Assembly: GCA_905478185.1 (NCBI GenBank)
Contig: CAJQHO010000025.1
Coordinates: 15,499 to 79,498 of the forward strand
Direction: 5' to 3'
Origin: an uncultured Flavobacteriales bacterium
Lineage (GTDB): Bacteria; Bacteroidota; Bacteroidia; Flavobacteriales; BACL11
DNA length: 64,000 bases
Part shown: positions 39,289 through 50,421 of the stretch, piece after piece
Position numbering within the stretch: the first letter of the stretch is position 1
Layout of the letters: each line of letters begins with the position of its first letter
Program-made: the position numbers and the translations under genes
Notes under the pieces: model-generated
Told to the model about the DNA's origin: nothing
Database searches by the model: none
Seen by the model: only the letters and a program-made list of their open reading frames with translations

Positions 39289-40674
39289 ATGAACTTTGAT
39301 GTTATTGTATTAGGAAGTGGTCCTGGAGGCTATGTGTCGGCTATCCGTGCCTCACAATTAGGATTAAAAGTAGCTATTATTGAAAAAGAAAGCTTAGGTG
39401 GGATTTGTTTAAACTGGGGTTGTATTCCAACTAAAGCATTATTAAAATCAGCTCAAGTTTTCGAATATATTAATCATGCAGAGGACTATGGAATTTCTGT
39501 TAAAGATGCAAATGCTGATTTTCCTGCAATTATTAAAAGAAGTAGAGATGTTGCTGATGGTATGAGTAGTGGGATTGCGTACTTACTTAAAAAGAACAAG
39601 GTTGAAGTAATTTATGGTTTTGGAAAAGTAAAACCAGGAAATAAAGTAGCTGTTACTGTTGATGGTAAATCAACTGATTATTCAGCAAAAAATATTATTA
39701 TAGCAACAGGTGCTAGAAGTAGACAACTACCTAATTTACCTCAAGATGGAAAAAAAATAATTGGATATAGAGATGCACTTGCTTTAGCAAAGGCACCTAA
39801 AAAAATGGTGATTGTTGGTTCTGGAGCAATTGGTGTAGAGTTTGCTTATTTCTATAATTCAATGGGTACAGATGTTACTGTTGTTGAGTTTATGCCAAAT
39901 ATTGTTCCTGTTGAGGATGTTGATGTTTCCAAGCAGTTACAAAGATCATTCAAAAAGTCAGGAATTAAAGTAATGACGAACTCATCTGTTGAGAAAATAG
40001 ACACTAATGGTACAGGTTGTAAAGTAATGATAAAAACTAAAAAAGGTGAAGAAACTATAGAATGTGATGTGGTGCTTTCAGCTGTTGGAATTGTTGCTAA
40101 TATTGAGAATATTGGTTTGGAAGAAGTTGGTATTAAAACAGAAAAAGGAAAAATTTTGGTAGATGATTTCTACAATACAAATGTAAGTGGATATCATGCT
40201 ATTGGTGATGTCTTGCCAAATCAAGCATTGGCACATGTTGCATCTGCTGAAGGAATTACTTGTGTAGAAAAAATTGCAGGACATAACCCTGAGCCAATTG
40301 ATTATGGAAATATTCCTGGTTGTACTTATGCTAGTCCAGAAATTGCATCAGTAGGAATGACAGAAGCAGCTGCTAAAGAAGCAGGATATGAAATTAAAGT
40401 AGGGAAATTTCCTTTTACAGCATCCGGTAAAGCATCTGCAGCAGGACATAAAGATGGTTTTGTAAAAGTTATTTTTGACGCTAAATATGGAGAGTGGTTA
40501 GGTTGCCATATGATAGGATACAATGTTACGGAATTGATTGCTGAAGCAGTAGTTGCTCGTAAATTAGAAACTACAGGGCATGAAGTATTAAAAGCTGTTC
40601 ATCCTCACCCAACAATGAGTGAAGCTGTGATGGAAGCAGTAGCGGATGCTTATGATGAGGTTATTCATATATAG
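39289..40674 (+). CDS. lpdA: dihydrolipoyl dehydrogenase
   Basis: GSGPGGY FAD motif, redox-active GGICLNWGCIPTK, C-terminal HPHPTMSE. Confidence 0.93.
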   Translation: MNFDVIVLGSGPGGYVSAIRASQLGLKVAIIEKESLGGICLNWGCIPTKALLKSAQVFEYINHAEDYGISVKDANADFPAIIKRSRDVADGMSSGIAYLLKKNKVEVIYGFGKVKPGNKVAVTVDGKSTDYSAKNIIIATGARSRQLPNLPQDGKKIIGYRDALALAKAPKKMVIVGSGAIGVEFAYFYNSMGTDVTVVEFMPNIVPVEDVDVSKQLQRSFKKSGIKVMTNSSVEKIDTNGTGCKVMIKTKKGEETIECDVVLSAVGIVANIENIGLEEVGIKTEKGKILVDDFYNTNVSGYHAIGDVLPNQALAHVASAEGITCVEKIAGHNPEPIDYGNIPGCTYASPEIASVGMTEAAAKEAGYEIKVGKFPFTASGKASAAGHKDGFVKVIFDAKYGEWLGCHMIGYNVTELIAEAVVARKLETTGHEVLKAVHPHPTMSEAVMEAVADAYDEVIHI

Positions 40675-40696
40675 TTTGAGTATTTAAATATAAAAT

Positions 40697-40726
40697 AAAA
40701 GCCCTCCAATTTGGAGGGCTTTTTTA
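40697..40726. terminator. bidirectional intrinsic terminator between lpd (+) and the BNR/sortilin-type gene (-)
   Basis: AAAA-GCCCTCC-AATT-GGAGGGC-TTTTTT. Confidence 0.8.
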
Positions 40727-40763
40727 TTTATTGAAATTTTGAGTTTATAACAAATAACTAATC

Positions 40764-43700
40764 TTACTGCACAACCAACTTCCTTTGCTCAGTTATCCCC
40801 TTATGCATTAACTTTACAAAATAGATGCCTTTTGCTTGTTTGCTGAGGTCAATTTGTTGTAGTCCACCATGAATGGTTTCATTGGCAACTAGCTTTCCAA
40901 AGATAGAATACACTTCTACTTTCATAGTGTTGGCATCCGTACGGATATTAAATATTCCTTTAGTAGGGTTCGGGTAAATTAAGGTATTAGTATTGATACT
41001 CTCACCTTCTTCAATAGCTAAAATATTTTGGCCATTAATATTGATATTGTCCATATAAAAATGATTACCATAATCATTAATAGCAACAAAACGCACCATA
41101 ATTGTATCTCCATTCAGTCCCCAAGTACTTAAATTGATACTATCACTTGCCCAGCTGCCACAAGTAGGAGACCAAGCACTTCCTTCATAAGGTACAGTTT
41201 GCAAATCTGGACCGATAGCTCCATAAATAGAATCCCAAGTGCTACCGCAATCAGTAGAGATATCAATTCTTAATCCATCATCATAACCACTTGCATATCC
41301 GGAATATGCATAGTCGTAAGTTAACCAGTTTTGCGCACTTACGCCATTTCCTAAGGACACCTTGTTACTAATTAAATAAGCCTCTTCACCAGGATATTGA
41401 ATCCAGTAATGATTAACATAAGCAGTAGTTGTCGGAAGACAATCTATTCCAAAATCAACAACAGTAGAAAGCCAACTAAAAGATGGTGATTCTAATTCCC
41501 ATGCTGTAGGAGGAAAGTTGCTATTCTCAAAATCTTGAGCAAAATTTATTGAATTTGTTATTAATGATATTGAATCAGCATAAGTAATGAAATCAGTATA
41601 AGATTGTGAGCTTGTTCCAAAAGCGTCAGTTACGGTTAAAGTAACATCATACTTTCCAGGATTTGAGTAAACAACAACTGGGTCTTCCTGAGTAGATGAA
41701 GAAGGAGTCCCTCCAGGGAAAGACCATTGCCAAGAAGCACTGCTTAATCTTACAGCTGAATGATCAACAAACTTTACCGTATCATTTATACAATTAATTT
41801 CTAATCTATCTGCAGCAATTTGTGCTGATGGCGGGGTGTTTTCATAAAAATCAATTTCATAAGCGCTTCTGTTAGTTCCATTTTGTAAAATCCCCTCACG
41901 ATAATAAGGGATTAACTGTGTTGAATAGGTGTTTTTAGGCAAATTAACGTCATATATATCCCAATCAGCCATAGAATTATTTCTGTAGTAAACAGACTCC
42001 CTTGTTCCTATATACACCCCATTTCCTCCTCTTTGATGTTCAATATTAGTAACATTAATATTATCAAGAGTTGGTGTACTCCAATTTATCCAGTTTTGTC
42101 CACCATCTACCGATTTAAAAACTTCATACCCTTCAGCATCTTGCACTCCGCCATACATACTGCATCTTGCAATCCAAAGTGTATTTTCGTCATAACTACT
42201 TATAGATATATCATATGGAATCCAATCCTGACCATTGATATTTGTTGGGGTAATTTCAATCCAAGTATTTCCTGCATCTGAAGATCTGTAAATATGTTTA
42301 GTTCCCCACCATGATGGCCAAGTAGCTACATAAATTACATCAGGATTACTCCATGCTACCTCAACAGATGTTACTTTGTCATTAAAATGATAAACAGGAG
42401 AATAACTTGCACCATTATTTTTTGATAGCCAAAGAGTTGTATCTTCTCCAATATAGTTCCAATTATAACACCTTGGGTCAAATTCCATTTGGGAAGATTC
42501 TCCTGTTATATAGGATGCATTTGGTTTTTTAGCTAAAGAGAAGCCTGAAATTCCAATTGTCCTATCTCCTGAAAGTACCTTTCCACCATAGTCACTATAA
42601 GCAACTCTTGGATTTCCAAAATTTACAAAGCCTCTTATCCCATCACCACCATCAGTACATAGCCAATCATTTATGTAAGTATTCCCATCTTTAAGCATTG
42701 TTCCATTATGGTAAGTTCCACCAAGCATTACTTCTCCATCCTTAAAGCCTGCACCAAATCCCCAAAAATCAGCTCCCGCAATACCGTATTGTTTTTTGTA
42801 AATACTATCACCTGCATTATCAGAATAAAACACACCTCCATCACATGCAAACCACAGATCATTACCAAAGTAGTTGATATCATGAATATCTGCATGAACA
42901 TACCCTTTTTTATGAGGTTCACTCCATTTGGCAGGGCACGTAAAGCTGACACCATTGTCAAAAGATATCCAATGCTGAACTCCTCCAACATGAATAATGT
43001 CAGCATTTGTTGGGTTTACTGCCAAACCTAAATCATAATAATATTGTCCTCCATCATCTGATCCATCCGGTTGCCAGCCCATCATATTTATATTTACTGA
43101 ATCTGGCGGACCTGCAGGTTGAGGTCCACAACATTCAAAAGTCCAATTCTCTCCTTTATCATAACTAATATATACTCCATATAACCCACTTCCTCCATTT
43201 GCATGACCTGTTGCAAGGGCAACAATTTTATCTGGTGATGCAGGGCTAACGGCAATTTCTGTTCTTCCTTGCTCATCTCCAGTTCCAGGGTTAGGCCATC
43301 CGTTTGTAAAGTTTGTAAGTGTATTCCCTCCATTATCTGATCTGTAAAAAAGAGTACTATCTCCCGCTTGTTTTACAAAATACATTGTATTTGGATTGCT
43401 AGGATGAAACTCAATTTCTAAAAAATTACCATTCATAATCAAAGTGAAGTTATTCCCTCCATCTATTGATTTAAATAGACCTTCATCAGATGCGATAAAT
43501 AATATTTGATTATTAGTAGTTGATAGTTTTATATCCTTTGTTGAATGGGATAAAGCAGTAAATGTTGCATTCCCAATAACTGTCCAGTTTACCCCTCCAT
43601 CATATGATTTATAAATTCCTCCATTCCCACTGATGTAGATAATTTCTGGATTTGTAAAATCTATTTCAATAGCATATACTCCATTTAGAAATAAATCCTG

Positions 43701-44168
43701 CGTAATTAAATTCCAGTTATCACCTTTATCAATTGTTTTCCATGCACCAGCAGTAGCTGAACCAGCATATAATACATTTGGATTACTTGCAGCTTGTTCT
43801 ATTGTATATACATGAGCAGCACCAGGGGCATAACTTCTACTTGCAGCATCCTTATCGAAATCCCAAGGTCCTACACATTCCCATTGATTACTGCTTTTTG
43901 AAGTTTTAAGAGTTGGTTTAGCGTTTGAGAATCTACTAATACCCCTTAACCATCTTTTGTAGTACTGTGTGTGTTTATTTTTTACTAATTCATTCTTTTT
44001 ATAATAATCGGTATAGGCATTAATTACTTCTCCTTCATCAGGATTTTCTGCATACATCAATTGTGCCCAATGCGGCAAATTTTCAGCATTTGCATTGTAT
44101 TTCATTTCCACTTGCGCAACAAGTGAAAACTTGAAAGTGATAAAAAGTAGGAATAGTAATTTCTTCAT
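40764..44168 (-). CDS. large secreted BNR/sortilin(VPS10)-type beta-propeller protein with PKD, MAM-like and T9SS C-terminal domains
   Basis: Many Asp-box-like repeats (S.D.G.NW / S.D.G.TW). PKD-like WSFPGGTPSSS...YDVTLTVT. C-terminal LIYPNPTKGIFNI...GIYFVKLMHKG...KLVVQ. Confidence 0.7.
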   Translation of the reverse strand: MKKLLFLLFITFKFSLVAQVEMKYNANAENLPHWAQLMYAENPDEGEVINAYTDYYKKNELVKNKHTQYYKRWLRGISRFSNAKPTLKTSKSSNQWECVGPWDFDKDAASRSYAPGAAHVYTIEQAASNPNVLYAGSATAGAWKTIDKGDNWNLITQDLFLNGVYAIEIDFTNPEIIYISGNGGIYKSYDGGVNWTVIGNATFTALSHSTKDIKLSTTNNQILFIASDEGLFKSIDGGNNFTLIMNGNFLEIEFHPSNPNTMYFVKQAGDSTLFYRSDNGGNTLTNFTNGWPNPGTGDEQGRTEIAVSPASPDKIVALATGHANGGSGLYGVYISYDKGENWTFECCGPQPAGPPDSVNINMMGWQPDGSDDGGQYYYDLGLAVNPTNADIIHVGGVQHWISFDNGVSFTCPAKWSEPHKKGYVHADIHDINYFGNDLWFACDGGVFYSDNAGDSIYKKQYGIAGADFWGFGAGFKDGEVMLGGTYHNGTMLKDGNTYINDWLCTDGGDGIRGFVNFGNPRVAYSDYGGKVLSGDRTIGISGFSLAKKPNASYITGESSQMEFDPRCYNWNYIGEDTTLWLSKNNGASYSPVYHFNDKVTSVEVAWSNPDVIYVATWPSWWGTKHIYRSSDAGNTWIEITPTNINGQDWIPYDISISSYDENTLWIARCSMYGGVQDAEGYEVFKSVDGGQNWINWSTPTLDNINVTNIEHQRGGNGVYIGTRESVYYRNNSMADWDIYDVNLPKNTYSTQLIPYYREGILQNGTNRSAYEIDFYENTPPSAQIAADRLEINCINDTVKFVDHSAVRLSSASWQWSFPGGTPSSSTQEDPVVVYSNPGKYDVTLTVTDAFGTSSQSYTDFITYADSISLITNSINFAQDFENSNFPPTAWELESPSFSWLSTVVDFGIDCLPTTTAYVNHYWIQYPGEEAYLISNKVSLGNGVSAQNWLTYDYAYSGYASGYDDGLRIDISTDCGSTWDSIYGAIGPDLQTVPYEGSAWSPTCGSWASDSINLSTWGLNGDTIMVRFVAINDYGNHFYMDNININGQNILAIEEGESINTNTLIYPNPTKGIFNIRTDANTMKVEVYSIFGKLVANETIHGGLQQIDLSKQAKGIYFVKLMHKGITEQRKLVVQ

Positions 44169-44178
44169 AATTAGGTAA

Positions 44179-44207
44179 TAAAAAAGGTCGCATAATTGCG
44201 ACCTTAA
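44179..44207 (-). terminator. intrinsic terminator after metK
   Basis: Minus strand AAGGTCGCA-ATTA-TGCGACCTT followed by TTTTT. Confidence 0.75.
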
Positions 44208-44222
44208 AATTAGTTTTTTTTA

Positions 44223-45482
44223 TTATAAGCTAAAAGCTTCTTTTATTTCTTCTTGGCAGTCTATTTTTTCCCAAGTAAAAGTTTCTACTTCTATTTCTTT
44301 TTGTTTTCCGTTAACAAGGAAACTAACAGTTTTATTTTCTGATGTTCTTCCCATATGCCCGTAAGCTGCAGTTTCGGAATAAATAGGATTTTTAAGTTTT
44401 AAACGGCTAATAATTGATGCTGGTTTTAAGTTGAAACAAGGCATGTTTTTTACTATCTCAGCAATTTCTCCATCTGTCTTATTTACTTTAGAAGTTCTGT
44501 AAGTATCAATGAAAATACCCATTGGCTCAGCAACTCCAATGGCATAACTTACTTGTACTAAAATTCTGTCAGCAACACCTGCTTCTACCAAGTTTTTAGC
44601 AATATGACGAGTTGCATAAGCTGCTGAACGATCCACTTTTGATGGGTCTTTACCAGAAAATGCTCCACCACCATGAGCCCCTTTTCCACCATATGTATCT
44701 ACAATAATTTTTCTACCAGTAAGTCCAGTATCTCCATGTGGCCCTCCAATCACAAATTTTCCTGTTGGATTTACATGGTATTTTTCTGTTCCGAAAAGCG
44801 CTTTATTATCTTCTGATAATTGAATTTTAATTCTTGGAATTAATATTTCTCTAACATCTTTTTCAATTTGCTCTTGCATTGGTTTTTCATCAGCAAAATC
44901 ATCATGCTGAGTGGAAACTACAATGTCAGTTATTCGCTTAGGCGTATGGTCATCATTATATTCCAAAGTAACCTGCGATTTTGAATCAGGACGCAAGTAA
45001 GTCATTTCCTTCCCTGCTTTACGGATTGCCGCAAGTTCAATTAATATTTTATGCGAAATATCCAAAGCCAAAGGCATTAAATTCTCGGTTTCGTTTGTAG
45101 CATAACCAAACATCATTCCTTGGTCTCCTGCTCCTTGTTCTTTGTTTAATCCTTTTCCTTCAACTACTCCTTGATTAATATCTGGTGACTGTTCGTGTAT
45201 TGCTGAAATAACTCCACAACTATCTCCATCAAATTGGTATTCTGATTTATCGTATCCAATTTTTAAAATTACTTCTCTAGCAATTTTTTGAACATCAATG
45301 TAAGCTTCAGTAGTTACTTCACCTGAAAGCACTGTAAGTCCTGTAGTTACTAAGGTTTCACAAGCAACTTTTGAGTTTGGGTCTTGGGCTAAAAAATTAT
45401 CTAATAGTGCATCCGAAATCTGATCGGCTACTTTGTCTGGGTGTCCTTCTGAAACGGACTCTGATGTGAAATAATATGACAT
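44223..45482 (-). CDS. metK: S-adenosylmethionine synthase
   Basis: [55 protein letters not shown] at 45482 is preferred. Confidence 0.96.
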   Translation of the reverse strand: MSYYFTSESVSEGHPDKVADQISDALLDNFLAQDPNSKVACETLVTTGLTVLSGEVTTEAYIDVQKIAREVILKIGYDKSEYQFDGDSCGVISAIHEQSPDINQGVVEGKGLNKEQGAGDQGMMFGYATNETENLMPLALDISHKILIELAAIRKAGKEMTYLRPDSKSQVTLEYNDDHTPKRITDIVVSTQHDDFADEKPMQEQIEKDVREILIPRIKIQLSEDNKALFGTEKYHVNPTGKFVIGGPHGDTGLTGRKIIVDTYGGKGAHGGGAFSGKDPSKVDRSAAYATRHIAKNLVEAGVADRILVQVSYAIGVAEPMGIFIDTYRTSKVNKTDGEIAEIVKNMPCFNLKPASIISRLKLKNPIYSETAAYGHMGRTSENKTVSFLVNGKQKEIEVETFTWEKIDCQEEIKEAFSL

Positions 45483-45551
45483 CTTTTTAAATTTTAAGTT
45501 TAACAATAATTTAATCGGACGATTTGGCGTAAAAGCGCTAAAGGAAATACT

Positions 45552-45600
45552 GTTTTTAGCATTTTTTTTAGTGGTTGCAATAGGCCAAATCTATCCACTT
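45552..45600 (-). promoter_or_regulatory. candidate pseudoknotted leader element upstream of metK (possible SAM-II/V-like aptamer, unproven)
   Basis: Minus-strand RNA AAGUGGAUAGAUUUGGCCUAUUGCAACCACUAAAAAAAAUGCUAAAAAC. It has outer stem AGUGG/CCACU and inner stem AUAG/CUAU. Loop UUUGGC can pair with downstream GCUAAA across an A8 linker. All folded by hand. Confidence 0.3.
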
Positions 45601-45607
45601 AGGTCGG

Positions 45608-45615
45608 CAAACTTA
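45608..45615 (-). promoter_or_regulatory. -7 box (TAnnTTTG) for metK
   Basis: Minus strand TAAGTTTG, just upstream of the candidate leader structure. Confidence 0.45.
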
Positions 45616-45671
45616 TAAAATTTTTTAAAATTGTGCTTGTTTTTTAATTTTTTTGTTTTTATTTGTGCCAT

Positions 45672-45770
45672 ACTTATCAAGAAAGACGGAGGGATGGGCC
45701 CTATGATGTCTTGGCAACCTTGGAAATGCAAGGTGCCAAATCCCACTCCATAATATGGAGGAAGATGAGC
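45672..45770 (+). promoter_or_regulatory. SAM-I (S-box) riboswitch upstream of metH-metF
   Basis: CTTATCAAGAAAGACGGAGGGATGGGCCCTATGATGTCTTGGCAACC...AAGGTGCCAAATCCCACTCCATAATATGGAGGAAGATGAG matches the S-box consensus blocks. P1 is CTTATC/GATGAG. Confidence 0.9.
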
Positions 45771-45822
45771 GGAATACATAAATTTTCCCCACCCTATCTT
45801 TTTTGCTAAGTCTTATTAAAAT

Positions 45823-48800
45823 ATGAGACCTAAAATAGAACAATTACTACTGAACAGAATCCTTGTGCTTGATGGCGCAATGGGTACTATGATCCAAAGA
45901 TATACTCTTTCTGAAGAAGATTTTAGAGGAGAACAATTCAAAAATCATTCTTTTGATGTAAAAGGAAATAATGACTTGCTTTCCATCACACGCCCTGATA
46001 TTATCAAGGCAATCCATAAAGAATATTTGGATACTGGGGCTGATATTATTGAAACAAATACCTTTAGCGGAACAAGCATTGCGCAAGGGGATTATAGTTT
46101 AGAATCGGCTGTATATGAGTTAAATTTCCAATCTGCAAAAATTGCAAAGGAGGTGGCTATTGCGTGTTCAACTCCTGAAAAACCAAGATTTGTTGCTGGG
46201 GCTATTGGGCCAACCAACCGTACAGCATCTATCTCTCCTGATGTAGAAAATCCTGCATTTAGGCATATTACTTTTGATGGGCTAAAGGATGCTTATATTG
46301 AACAGGTAAATGCTTTGTTAGATGGGGGAGTAGATTTATTATTGGTAGAAACCGTATTCGATACCCTTAATTGTAAGGCTGCATTATTTGCCATTGAAGA
46401 GGTATTTGAAGCAAAAGACTTACGAGTTCCTATTATGGTTTCAGGAACAATTACGGATGAAAGTGGCAGAACACTCTCTGGACAAACGGCTGAAGCCTTC
46501 TTGAATTCTATTTCCCATATCCCACTATTGAGTGTTGGGTTTAACTGTGCTTTGGGGACAAAAGCCATGCGCCCTTATGTGAGAGAATTATCAAGAAAAG
46601 CCCCATTTTATGTGAGTGCTTACCCCAATGCGGGTTTGCCTAATGAAATGGGAGAATATGACGAAAGCCCAGAAGAAATGGGTGCTCAATTAGAAGATTT
46701 TATGCAAAGTGATTTGGTTAATATTATTGGAGGTTGTTGTGGTACAACTCCTAAGCACATTGCAGAATTTGCACGCATTGCAAATAAATATTCCCCAAGG
46801 AAAATTCCAGTACTTAAAAAGGAAATGCGCTTGAGCGGATTGGAGGCAGTTACGATTTCAACAGCAAGTAATTTTGCAAATATTGGCGAGCGTACTAATG
46901 TAATGGGTTCTCTGAAATTCAAAAGATTAATAAAAGAAGATAATCTGGAAAAAGCACTTGAAGTAGCATTGCACCAGGTAGAAGGAGGGGCACAAGCCAT
47001 TGATATTAATATGGATGATGGAATGTTGGAAGGACAGGAATGCATGACACATTTTTTAAATTTAATAGCATCAGACCCTGATATATCTAAAGTGCCAATT
47101 ATGGTAGATTCTTCTAAATGGCATATTATAGAAGCAGGACTTAAATGTATACAAGGAAAAGGAATTGTTAATTCTATATCATTAAAAGAAGGAGAAGAAG
47201 TGTTTAAACAGCATGCTAAAACCATTCTAAAATATGGTGCTGCTGTGGTTGTAATGGCTTTTGATGAAAAGGGCCAGGCAGTGGACTATAATGATAAAAT
47301 TAGAATTTGTGAAAGAGCTTATCGTATTTTAGTAGATGAGATTGGTTTTCCTGCTGAGGATATTATTTTTGATCCGAATATATTAACGGTTGCTACTGGC
47401 ATTGAAGAGCATAATAATTATGCAGTTGATTTTTTCAAGGCTACAAAATGGATAAAAGAAAATCTGCCATACGCTAAGGTAAGTGGTGGCGTGAGTAATG
47501 TGTCCTTTTCGTTCAGAGGAAATAATATTGTCCGTGAGGCTATGCATTCTGCCTTTTTATTTCATGCGATTAATAATGGCATGGATATGGGAATTGTAAA
47601 TGCAGGAATGATTGAGGTGTATCAAGATATTCCTAAATATTTACTGAAATCAGTAGAAGATGTACTATTGAATAAAGATGATGGAGCCACTGAACGCTTG
47701 GTGGATTTGGCAGAAAATATAAAGGGAGATGGAAAGCAAAGAGTTGAGGATTTATCTTGGAGAGAACAGTCGTTAGAAGGAAGATTATCTCATGCTTTGG
47801 TAAAAGGAATAGTTGCTTTTATTGAACAGGATACAGAAGAAGCTCGCTTAAAAGCAGTACGCCCTTTGGATGTGATTGAAGGTCCTTTAATGGATGGAAT
47901 GGGAATAGTAGGTGAGCTTTTTGGAGCAGGAAAAATGTTTTTACCACAAGTAGTAAAAAGTGCACGAGTAATGAAAAAAGCAGTGGCAGTACTTACTCCA
48001 TTTATTGAAAAAGAAAAAACAGCAAGTATCAAGGCAGGAAAAGTGCTTTTGGCTACTGTGAAAGGAGATGTGCATGATATCGGAAAAAATATTCTGGGTG
48101 TAGTTTTGGGCTGTAATAATTATGAAATTATTGATTTGGGAGTAATGGTTCCTGCTAATAAAATTCTGGAGGAAGCAAAAAAACAGGATGTAGATGTAAT
48201 TGGATTAAGCGGATTGATTACTCCTTCTTTGGACGAAATGATTGATGTGGCAAAGGAGATGCAAAGAAATGATTTTAAGGTGCCACTTATGATTGGTGGA
48301 GCAACAACTTCTAAGATTCATACAGCAGTAAAAATTTACGAACATTACATTAACAATACGGTTGTACATGTATTGGATGCTTCCAAAGCAGTAGGAGTGA
48401 CAAGTAAACTAATAGGAAAAGATAAAGCAAATTTCCAAATAGCTGTTGCTACTGAATACGAGACAATTAAGGAAAATTATTTGAATAGAAAATCGGATAA
48501 AGAATATGTGAGTATTGCTAGTGCAAGGGAAAATGCAGCTAAAACGGATTGGGAAAACTTAACTATTCCTACTGCAAATCAATTAGGTGTGCAGGTTTTT
48601 GATAACATTGATATAACTACCATTCGTAACTATATTGATTGGACACCTTTCTTTTTTACTTGGGAAATGCGTAAAAAATATCCAGCAATATTGGAGGATG
48701 AAAACTTTGGAGAGCAAGCAAAGCAGTTATTGGAAGATGCTAATACTATGTTGGATAATATTATTAAAAATAAATGGTTGAAGGCTAAAGCGGTAATTGG

Positions 48801-49458
48801 TATTTGGCAAGCACACTCAGTAGGAGATAATGTTCATTTATTTGAAAATGGAAAAAAGATTGCTACTTATAATTTCTTGCGTCAGCAAGGGAAAAAGGGA
48901 AAAGCAAACAGATGTTTGGCTGATTTTGTAGCACCACTTACTTCCAACAAACAAGATTATATGGGTTCTTTTGTCTGTACGGCAGGTTTGGGAATTGAAA
49001 AGCAGTTGGCAGTTTTTGAAAAAGATCATGACGACTATAATAGCATTATGTTGAAAGCTATTGCGGATAGATTAGCAGAAGCCCTTACTGAATATATGCA
49101 CGAAAAAATCCGTAAAGAAATTTGGGGTTATGCTGGAAATGAGCAGTTCAAAAATGAGGATTTAATTAAGGAAGAGTACAAAGGAATTCGCCCTGCTCCA
49201 GGCTATACTGCATGTCCTGATCATACCGAAAAGTTAAAAATATTTGAATTGTTGGATGCTGAAAAAAGTATAGGAGTAAGCCTTACAGAAAGCATGGCTA
49301 TGAGCCCGAATGCAACAGTAAGTGGTTATTATTTTGCTCATGCTGAGGCTAAATATTTTAGTGTTGGAAAAGTACAGGACGACCAAATAGCAGATTATGC
49401 AAAACGAAAAAACATGAGTGTAGCACAAGTAGAGAAATGGCTAAGGTCAAATATATAA
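45823..49458 (+). CDS. metH: cobalamin-dependent methionine synthase
   Basis: All modules are present: Hcy-binding (GGCCGTTP), pterin-binding, B12-binding (GDVHDIGKN) and the C-terminal activation domain. 1211 aa. Confidence 0.96.
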   Translation: MRPKIEQLLLNRILVLDGAMGTMIQRYTLSEEDFRGEQFKNHSFDVKGNNDLLSITRPDIIKAIHKEYLDTGADIIETNTFSGTSIAQGDYSLESAVYELNFQSAKIAKEVAIACSTPEKPRFVAGAIGPTNRTASISPDVENPAFRHITFDGLKDAYIEQVNALLDGGVDLLLVETVFDTLNCKAALFAIEEVFEAKDLRVPIMVSGTITDESGRTLSGQTAEAFLNSISHIPLLSVGFNCALGTKAMRPYVRELSRKAPFYVSAYPNAGLPNEMGEYDESPEEMGAQLEDFMQSDLVNIIGGCCGTTPKHIAEFARIANKYSPRKIPVLKKEMRLSGLEAVTISTASNFANIGERTNVMGSLKFKRLIKEDNLEKALEVALHQVEGGAQAIDINMDDGMLEGQECMTHFLNLIASDPDISKVPIMVDSSKWHIIEAGLKCIQGKGIVNSISLKEGEEVFKQHAKTILKYGAAVVVMAFDEKGQAVDYNDKIRICERAYRILVDEIGFPAEDIIFDPNILTVATGIEEHNNYAVDFFKATKWIKENLPYAKVSGGVSNVSFSFRGNNIVREAMHSAFLFHAINNGMDMGIVNAGMIEVYQDIPKYLLKSVEDVLLNKDDGATERLVDLAENIKGDGKQRVEDLSWREQSLEGRLSHALVKGIVAFIEQDTEEARLKAVRPLDVIEGPLMDGMGIVGELFGAGKMFLPQVVKSARVMKKAVAVLTPFIEKEKTASIKAGKVLLATVKGDVHDIGKNILGVVLGCNNYEIIDLGVMVPANKILEEAKKQDVDVIGLSGLITPSLDEMIDVAKEMQRNDFKVPLMIGGATTSKIHTAVKIYEHYINNTVVHVLDASKAVGVTSKLIGKDKANFQIAVATEYETIKENYLNRKSDKEYVSIASARENAAKTDWENLTIPTANQLGVQVFDNIDITTIRNYIDWTPFFFTWEMRKKYPAILEDENFGEQAKQLLEDANTMLDNIIKNKWLKAKAVIGIWQAHSVGDNVHLFENGKKIATYNFLRQQGKKGKANRCLADFVAPLTSNKQDYMGSFVCTAGLGIEKQLAVFEKDHDDYNSIMLKAIADRLAEALTEYMHEKIRKEIWGYAGNEQFKNEDLIKEEYKGIRPAPGYTACPDHTEKLKIFELLDAEKSIGVSLTESMAMSPNATVSGYYFAHAEAKYFSVGKVQDDQIADYAKRKNMSVAQVEKWLRSNI

Positions 49459-49467
49459 AATGAAATT

Positions 49468-50421
49468 ATGAAAGTAACAGAACATATTACAAACGCAAAA
49501 AAGACATTATTTTCTTTTGAGATTCTACCTCCTTTAAAAGGAACAAGCATACAGTCTATCTATAATTCCTTAGATCTGTTAATGGAGTTTAATCCTTCAT
49601 TTGTTGATGTAACTTATCATAGAGAGGAGTTTGTATATAAGAAAAGAACAGATGGATTATTGGAAAGAAGAGCGGTAAGGAAACGACCTGGGACTGTAGG
49701 GATATGTGCAGCAATAATGAATAAATATCAGGTGGATACTGTACCTCATATTATCTGTGGAGGTTTTAGTAAGGAAGAAACAGAGAATGCATTAATCGAT
49801 TTAGATTTCTTAGGAATTGATAATGTATTGGTGTTAAGGGGTGATCCTATAAAATCAGAAACTTATTTTTCAGCAGAAGAAGATGGACATAAATATGCTT
49901 CAGAATTATTAGGGCAAGTAAACGAGATGAATAATGGAATCTATTTGGATGAAGAACTAAAAAGTTCAGCTCCAACTAATTTTTGCATAGGGGTTGCTGG
50001 CTATCCTGAAAAGCATTTTGAAGCCCCCAATATTCATTCGGATATTCATTTCCTGAAAAAGAAAGTAGAAGCAGGTGCTGATTATATTGTTACACAAATG
50101 TTTTTTGACAATCAGAAGTATTTCGATTTTGTAAACTTATGCCGAGAAAATGATATTACTATTCCGATTATACCTGGAATTAAACCTATTTCTACTCAAA
50201 AGCAATTGACTTTATTGCCACAAAGGTTTCATTTGAATGTGCCAAATCCACTTGTGGATGAAGTGCTAAAATGCAAGACCAATACAGATGTTAGGCAAGT
50301 AGGAGTAGAATGGGCTATTCAGCAAACAAAAGAACTTATTGACTTTGGCGTACCTTGTATCCATTTTTATACTATGGGGAAATCGGATAATGTGCAGCAA
50401 ATAGTTGGAAGCTTTTCTTAA
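49468..50421 (+). CDS. metF: 5,10-methylenetetrahydrofolate reductase
   Basis: FSFEILPP...VDVTYH...ITQMFFD MetF pattern. Immediately downstream of metH. Confidence 0.9.
   Translation: MKVTEHITNAKKTLFSFEILPPLKGTSIQSIYNSLDLLMEFNPSFVDVTYHREEFVYKKRTDGLLERRAVRKRPGTVGICAAIMNKYQVDTVPHIICGGFSKEETENALIDLDFLGIDNVLVLRGDPIKSETYFSAEEDGHKYASELLGQVNEMNNGIYLDEELKSSAPTNFCIGVAGYPEKHFEAPNIHSDIHFLKKKVEAGADYIVTQMFFDNQKYFDFVNLCRENDITIPIIPGIKPISTQKQLTLLPQRFHLNVPNPLVDEVLKCKTNTDVRQVGVEWAIQQTKELIDFGVPCIHFYTMGKSDNVQQIVGSFS

Noticed and set aside
45600-45822. Possibility of a cobalamin riboswitch upstream of the B12-dependent metH.
   Set aside because: The conserved blocks present are those of the SAM-I aptamer. I found no B12-box-like sequence.
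45770-45822. Intrinsic terminator as the expression platform of the SAM-I riboswitch.
   Set aside because: Only a weak AT-rich GGAA/TTCC hairpin and a short pairing of P1-3' with CTATCTT before T6 could be drawn. That is not convincing enough to annotate as a terminator.
45591-45843. Two minus-strand track ORFs (62 and 72 aa) in the metK/metH intergenic region.
   Set aside because: They lie antisense across the SAM-I riboswitch and the metH start. The conserved RNA motifs explain the sequence better than coding does.
46686-47225. 179-aa antisense ORF inside metH, and similar long antisense ORFs inside adk (35548..35982) and the histidine kinase (62637..63098).
   Set aside because: Each lies fully within a confidently identified gene on the other strand. 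The products are low-complexity Ser/Ile/Leu/Phe-rich with no motifs, typical of shadow ORFs.
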